Shown here: positions 59,160-64,000 of the stretch, piece by piece
Position numbering within the stretch: the first letter of the stretch is position 1
How the letters are laid out: the number at the start of each line of letters is the position of its first letter
NCBI GenBank assembly: GCA_963749075.1
Contig: CAVVLJ010000021.1
Span: 448,001-512,000, forward strand
Source of the DNA: an uncultured Pseudomonadota bacterium
GTDB lineage: Bacteria > Pseudomonadota > Alphaproteobacteria > JACZXZ01
DNA: 64,000 nucleotides
Direction: 5' to 3'
The notes under the pieces: model-generated
The model's input: the letters and a program-made list of their open reading frames with translations, nothing else
The model's database searches: none
What the model was told of the DNA's origin: nothing
Position numbers and translations under genes: made by a program

Positions 59160-62137
59160 CGCGCCAGCCCTTCCGCAACGCCACGGGCGGCGTGGTCGAC
59201 CGCGCACGGCCGCTCCGCTTCGCCTTCAACGGCCGCGTTTGCGAGGGCTATGCCGGCGACACGCTCGCCTCAGCCCTCCTCGCCAACGGCGTCCGCCTCG
59301 TCGGGCGCAGCTTCAAATATCACCGCCCGCGCGGCGTCTTCGGCCTGGGGGCGGAGGAGCCGAACGCCCTCGTCCAGCTCGGCCAAGGTGCGGCGAGCGA
59401 GCCCAACAGCAAGGCGACCGAGATCGAGCTCAAGGACGGCCTCGTGGCCGCGAGCCAGAACTGCTGGCCCTCGGTCGCTTTCGACGTGGGTGCCTCGCTT
59501 GGCCTCTTTGCCCCGCTCCTGCCGGCCGGCTTCTACTACAAGACCTTCATGTGGCCGCGGCGCTGGTGGCTCGCCTACGAGCGGCCGATCCGGCGCATGG
59601 CGGGCATGGGCCGGGCACCCACGCTCCCCGATCCCGACCGCTACGAGCATCGCCACGCCCATTGCGACGCGCTCGTCGTCGGCGCCGGGCCGGCTGGCCT
59701 TGCTGCGGCATTGGCGGCGGGGCGCGCCGGCGCACGCCTTATCCTCGTCGACGAGGCGAGCGCCGCGGGCGGCTCGCTCCGCGGCGGCACGGCGACGATC
59801 GGCGGCAGGCCTGCGGGCGAGTGGGTCGCGCGCACTTACGCCGAGCTCGCCCAGCTGCCCGACGCCTTGCTGCTGAGCCGCGCCGTGGCGTTCGGCTATT
59901 ACGACCACAACCAGATCGCCGTCCTCGAGCGCGTGGCCGACCACCGCGGCGTGCGGCCGGGGGAGCCGCGCCAGCGCGTCTGGCACATCGCCGCACGGCA
60001 GGTGGTGCTGGCGGCGGGGGCGCACGAGCGCCCGCTCGTCTTCGGCAACAACGACCTGCCGGGCGTCATGCTGGCCTCGGCCGCGCGCGGCTACGTCAAC
60101 CGCTACGCCGTGCGGCCGGGCAGCACTGCCGTGGTCTTCACCAACAACGATTCCGCTTATGCCGCAGCACTCGATCTCGCCGCGGGCGGCGTCGCCGTCA
60201 AGGCGGTCGTGGATTGCCGCGCGCGTGCGCCCGAGGCGCTCATCGCGGCCCTCGCCGCCGCCGGCATCGAGCATGCGCCCGGCTCGGTCGTGCTCCATGC
60301 CACGGGCGGCCGCGCGCTGCGGCGCGTGATGCTCGCCAAGCTCGACGGCGCCGGCACGTCGCGGCAGCGCGAGATCGCCTGCGATCTTCTCGCCGTCTCC
60401 GGCGGCTGGAACCCGGCCGTGCATCTTCACGCCCAGTCGCGCGGCCGGCCGCGCTACGACGCCGGGATCGCCGCCTTCGTGCCGGGCCCGCCGGTGCAGG
60501 CCGAGCGCTCGGCCGGTGCCGCGCGCGGCACCTTCTCGCTCGCCGGCTGCCTGGCCGAAGGCGTTGCGGCGGGCGCTGCCGCCGCCGAGGCGGCCGGTTT
60601 TGCCGCAGCGGTGCACCTCGATCTTGCCCCCATGCAGGGCGCCTTCGAGAGCACCATCGAGCCGCTCTGGCAGGTGCCGCCCGGTCGGGGAGGGCGGCAC
60701 AAGCGCTTCGTCGATCTGCAGGACGACGTGACCGCCGCCGACATCGCCCTTGCCGTGCGCGAGGGCTACCGCTCGGTCGAGCACGTCAAGCGCTACACCA
60801 CCCTCGGCATGGGCACCGACCAGGGCAAGACCAGCAATGCCATCGGCTTCGCCCATGTGGCGGCAGCGCTCGGCAGCGGGATATCCGCCGTCGGCACCAC
60901 CACCTACCGGCCGCCCTACGTGCCCGTCGCCCTGGGCGCCCTGGCCGGCGCCGAGGGCGGGCGGCACTTCATGCCCAACCGCTTGACGCCGATGCACGCC
61001 TGGCACCTCGCGGCGGGCGCCGTCATGATGCAATCGGGGCCCTGGCGGCGCCCGCAGTGCTATCCGCGCCCGGGCGAGAGCCTCGAGGCGGCGGCCCGGC
61101 GCGAGGCGCTCGCCGTGCGCGAGCGCGTCGGGCTCGTCGACGTCTCGACCCTCGGCAAGCTCGAGCTCTTCGGTCCCGACGCGGTGGAGTTCCTCGAGCG
61201 CGTCTACATCAACCGCTGGCGCACGCTCGCGGTCGGCCGCTGCCGCTACGGGGTCATGCTGCGCGAGGACGGCATCGTCTTCGACGACGGCACCACCACG
61301 CGGCTCGGCCCCGAGCGCTTCTTCATGACGACCACCACGGGCCAGGCAGCCCTCGTGGCGCGGCGGCTCGACTATTACCGCAAGGTGCTGTGGCCGGAGC
61401 TCGATTTGCGCATCGTGAACGTGAGCGAGCAATGGGCGGGCGTGGCACTCGCAGGTCCTGCGAGCCGGCGGGTGCTCGCGCGCGTCATCGAGGGCCTGGA
61501 TATTGGCCCCGCGGCGCTCCCCTACATGGCGGCCGGCACGGGCACTGTCGGCGGCGTCGAGGCTCGCGTGCTGCGCATCAGCTTCTCGGGCGACCTCGCC
61601 TTCGAGATCTACGTGCCGGCCGGCCACGGCACGATGCTGTGGCGGCGCCTGATCGCCGCGGGTGCCGAGGACGGTATTTCGCCCTACGGCATCGACGCCC
61701 TCAATGCCTTACGCATCGAGAAGGGCCACGTTGCGGGCGCCGAGCTCGACGGCCGCACGACCGCCGGCGATCTCGGCCTCGGCCGCATGATCAGGCCGCT
61801 GGGCGATTTCATCGGGCGCCGCTCGCTCTCGCGGCCGGGCCTCGCCGATCCCGCGCGCTGGCAGCTCGTCGGCCTCGAGCCGGCGGACGGGGCGCGCGCA
61901 CTCCCTCCCGGCGCCAAGATCCTGGGCGCGGAAGCGAACCGCTACATCGGCGAGCTCACCTCGACGAGCTGGAGCCCGCTCCTCGGCATGCCGATCGGGC
62001 TCGGGCTCGTGGCCGGCGGGCGGGCGCGCCACGGCGAGCGGCTCAGCGCCGTCTCTCCTCTCGCCGGCGAGAGCGTGCCGGTGGTGGTGCGGAGCCCCAT
62101 GTTCGTCGATCCGCAGGGAGAGCGCCTCCATGCCTAG
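59156..62137 (+). CDS. soxA: sarcosine oxidase alpha subunit family
   Basis: GDTLASALLANG, RSFKYHRPRG, KRYTTLGMGTDQGK and GcvT-like C-terminus (DVSTLGK, LRIEKG). Confidence 0.9.
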   Translation: MTRQPFRNATGGVVDRARPLRFAFNGRVCEGYAGDTLASALLANGVRLVGRSFKYHRPRGVFGLGAEEPNALVQLGQGAASEPNSKATEIELKDGLVAASQNCWPSVAFDVGASLGLFAPLLPAGFYYKTFMWPRRWWLAYERPIRRMAGMGRAPTLPDPDRYEHRHAHCDALVVGAGPAGLAAALAAGRAGARLILVDEASAAGGSLRGGTATIGGRPAGEWVARTYAELAQLPDALLLSRAVAFGYYDHNQIAVLERVADHRGVRPGEPRQRVWHIAARQVVLAAGAHERPLVFGNNDLPGVMLASAARGYVNRYAVRPGSTAVVFTNNDSAYAAALDLAAGGVAVKAVVDCRARAPEALIAALAAAGIEHAPGSVVLHATGGRALRRVMLAKLDGAGTSRQREIACDLLAVSGGWNPAVHLHAQSRGRPRYDAGIAAFVPGPPVQAERSAGAARGTFSLAGCLAEGVAAGAAAAEAAGFAAAVHLDLAPMQGAFESTIEPLWQVPPGRGGRHKRFVDLQDDVTAADIALAVREGYRSVEHVKRYTTLGMGTDQGKTSNAIGFAHVAAALGSGISAVGTTTYRPPYVPVALGALAGAEGGRHFMPNRLTPMHAWHLAAGAVMMQSGPWRRPQCYPRPGESLEAAARREALAVRERVGLVDVSTLGKLELFGPDAVEFLERVYINRWRTLAVGRCRYGVMLREDGIVFDDGTTTRLGPERFFMTTTTGQAALVARRLDYYRKVLWPELDLRIVNVSEQWAGVALAGPASRRVLARVIEGLDIGPAALPYMAAGTGTVGGVEARVLRISFSGDLAFEIYVPAGHGTMLWRRLIAAGAEDGISPYGIDALNALRIEKGHVAGAELDGRTTAGDLGLGRMIRPLGDFIGRRSLSRPGLADPARWQLVGLEPADGARALPPGAKILGAEANRYIGELTSTSWSPLLGMPIGLGLVAGGRARHGERLSAVSPLAGESVPVVVRSPMFVDPQGERLHA

Positions 62138-62696
62138 CGGCGCCTCCGGGATCGAGCTCGAGGCATGCGAGGCGGGGACGATCGCGCATCTCGAGGGTCC
62201 GCTCGAGGGCGAGGCGCTGGCCGCGATCCTGGCGCAGCTCGGCCTCGGCAGCCTGCCGCCGGCTGGAAAGAGCGGCGGCTCCGCGGGACGCCGCCTTCTT
62301 TCTATCGGCCCGGCCATCTGGCTCCTCGTCGAGAGCGCTGCGGCGCCGCCGGCGCCCGATTTGCGCGGCCTGCTCGCGCGCGCCTTCGAGGTGGCGCTCG
62401 ACGCGAGCCACGGCTGGCTGCGCCTCAGGGTCGGCGGGCGGCGCTGCCGCGAGCTTCTCGCCAAGGGCTGTGCGCTCGATCTCCATCCGCGCGAGTTCCC
62501 GCCGGGAGCCTGCGCCGCGACCGCCTTCGCGCGCATGCGCACGATCGTCTGGCGCTCGCCCGAGGCGTCCGGCTTCGAGCTCTTCGTCGGGCGCAGCTAT
62601 GGCGCGTCGCTTATGCACTGGCTCGTCGAGGCGGCCGAGGAATACGGCCTCGAGCCGCAACGGGAATTGCGCAACGCGGCAACGCCGGGCGCGTGA
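62130..62696 (+). CDS. soxG: sarcosine oxidase gamma subunit family
   Basis: GPAIWL, LLAKGCALDLHP and RSYG..L..WL; position after soxA. Confidence 0.85.
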   Translation: MPSGASGIELEACEAGTIAHLEGPLEGEALAAILAQLGLGSLPPAGKSGGSAGRRLLSIGPAIWLLVESAAAPPAPDLRGLLARAFEVALDASHGWLRLRVGGRRCRELLAKGCALDLHPREFPPGACAATAFARMRTIVWRSPEASGFELFVGRSYGASLMHWLVEAAEEYGLEPQRELRNAATPGA

Positions 62697-62726
62697 GGCT
62701 CGGCCAAAACAGAGGAGGTACAGCAC

Positions 62727-63554
62727 ATGCTCAAGAGATTCGTTCCGGCACTCCTTGCCGCCGCCTTGGCCGTCTCGGCCGGAGCGGCGCACGCGGCGGA
62801 GGCACCCTCCGTGTGGGCGGACATCATGGCCAAGAAGAAGCTGCTGCTCTGCGTCATCCCCTCCTACCAGCCCTATGCCTGGAAGGACGAGAACGGCACC
62901 TGGCAGGGCTTCGCGCCCGAGATGGGCCGCGACGTGGCGAAGGACCTCCACGTCGACATCGAGTTCGTCGAGACCACGCAGGGGACCATCGTCCTCGACC
63001 TGCAGAGCGGCAAGTGCCACACCTACTTCGCCTTCAACGCCACGCCCGAGCGCGCGCTTGCCATCGACTTTGCCGGGCCGATCTACACGCTCGGCTTCAT
63101 CTTCATCGACCGCAAGGGCTGGAAGCCGCCGGGCAGCCGCTGGGCCGACTTCAACGATCCCGCCATCCGCATCTGCTACGTGATCGGCGCCAGCCAGGAG
63201 CAGCAGATCAAGCGCTATACGCCCAAGGCGACGCCGGTCGGCCTCGCCAAGGTCGACGACTGCCTGCTCTCCGTGCAGAGCGGGCGCGCCGACACTTATC
63301 TCGCCGCCACGCTCGACGGCCTGGTGACCAAGCAGAAGAACCCGGAGGTGGGCGACCTCGTCTTCCCGGTGCCGCCCAACGCGCTCCCCTCCTATGCCGG
63401 GATGCGCATCGATTCCGACGGCCGCTTCCAGAAGTTCATGCAGCGCTGGGCCGAGTATAATCGGGCCAACGGCAACGTGGCGGAGTGGCTAATCGGCGCC
63501 TTGGGGAAGTACGGCGTCAGCCGCAGCACGATTCCGTCGGACATCCAGTTCTGA
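62727..63554 (+). CDS. polar amino acid ABC substrate-binding protein
   Basis: Close paralog of 53483-54310 (shared AEAPS.W, YQPY.WKD, TPERALAIDFAGP, LPSYAGMR.DSDGRFQKF). Confidence 0.85.
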   Translation: MLKRFVPALLAAALAVSAGAAHAAEAPSVWADIMAKKKLLLCVIPSYQPYAWKDENGTWQGFAPEMGRDVAKDLHVDIEFVETTQGTIVLDLQSGKCHTYFAFNATPERALAIDFAGPIYTLGFIFIDRKGWKPPGSRWADFNDPAIRICYVIGASQEQQIKRYTPKATPVGLAKVDDCLLSVQSGRADTYLAATLDGLVTKQKNPEVGDLVFPVPPNALPSYAGMRIDSDGRFQKFMQRWAEYNRANGNVAEWLIGALGKYGVSRSTIPSDIQF

Positions 63555-63619
63555 CTGCCTGTGGCTCGCTCGGGCAGGGCAACCCCCGGCCCGAGCGAGC
63601 CAGCTTCGCGAGGTACGCC

Positions 63620-64000
63620 ATGCTTCCGCCGAAAGAGCGCTTGACGATCTGCTTCGCCCATATCGCCTATCAGTTCCAGGCGCGCTTCGCCGCGCGCGCG
63701 ACCGGCATCGCGAGCTTCGAGGTGCGCGAGAAGGGCGAGCTCGAGCGCCGCATTCCCGAGGCCGACGTGCTGCTGGTCTCCGGCATGTGGCAGAACGACC
63801 TCGCCGCGCGGGCGGCGAAGCTCGGCTTCATCCAGTCGATCAGCGCCGGGGTCGACCAATATTCGCGCGACACGCTCGCCCAGCACGGCATCCGCCTCGC
63901 GAGCGCGCAAGGGGTCAACGCGCGCGCCGTCTCCGAGCATGCCATCGCCCTCATCCTCGCCCTTGCCCGGCGTCTGCCCGAGGCCGGCCGGAACCAGATG
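63620..64000 (+). CDS. D-2-hydroxyacid dehydrogenase family protein (partial, runs off the window)
   Basis: ADVLLVSGMW, FIQSISAGVDQ and ASAQGVNARAVSEHA motifs. Confidence 0.85.
   Translation, partial: MLPPKERLTICFAHIAYQFQARFAARATGIASFEVREKGELERRIPEADVLLVSGMWQNDLAARAAKLGFIQSISAGVDQYSRDTLAQHGIRLASAQGVNARAVSEHAIALILALARRLPEAGRNQM

Noticed and set aside
59239-63183. 1314-aa ORF and many other long overlapping or antisense ORFs (e.g. 3821-5698, 9030-11267, 27095-28960)
   Set aside because: Arg/Ala/Pro-rich shadow frames of recognisable genes in high-GC DNA.

Overview
High-GC alphaproteobacterial-type chromosomal window. The housekeeping backbone is pcm, a Suv3-like helicase, hslR, fdxA, carD, an AidB-like dehydrogenase, an amidohydrolase, pip, a Liv-type ABC transporter, an EmrAB-type efflux pair, folB, an opine/HCN-synthase-like oxidase and a soxBDAG-like cluster. 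It is interrupted by an ~18.2 kb lower-GC island (22440-40638) integrated in tRNA-Arg(CCT). The island duplicates the 5' half of the tRNA and appears to supply the intact copy with a new promoter. It carries a satellite-like core (integrase, AlpA, HTH replication protein with 24-bp iterons), IS1634 and IS3 elements, a FimB-like recombinase and two candidate conflict modules. The first module is a divergent TrpRS-like adenylyltransferase with altered amino-acid pocket motifs, plus a histidine phosphatase, a NUDIX hydrolase and an HTH/helical-repeat protein; it is the best candidate for an undescribed system. The second is an N4-type methyltransferase, MORC/GHKL ATPase, SF2 helicase and an IS-disrupted fourth gene. 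A small islet (~780-2990) holds an IS5-hit GIY-YIG nuclease. Palindromic REP-like elements recur in intergenic regions, and two of them appear to enclose remnants of DUF559-type genes. All product calls come from motif recognition; no database searches were run.
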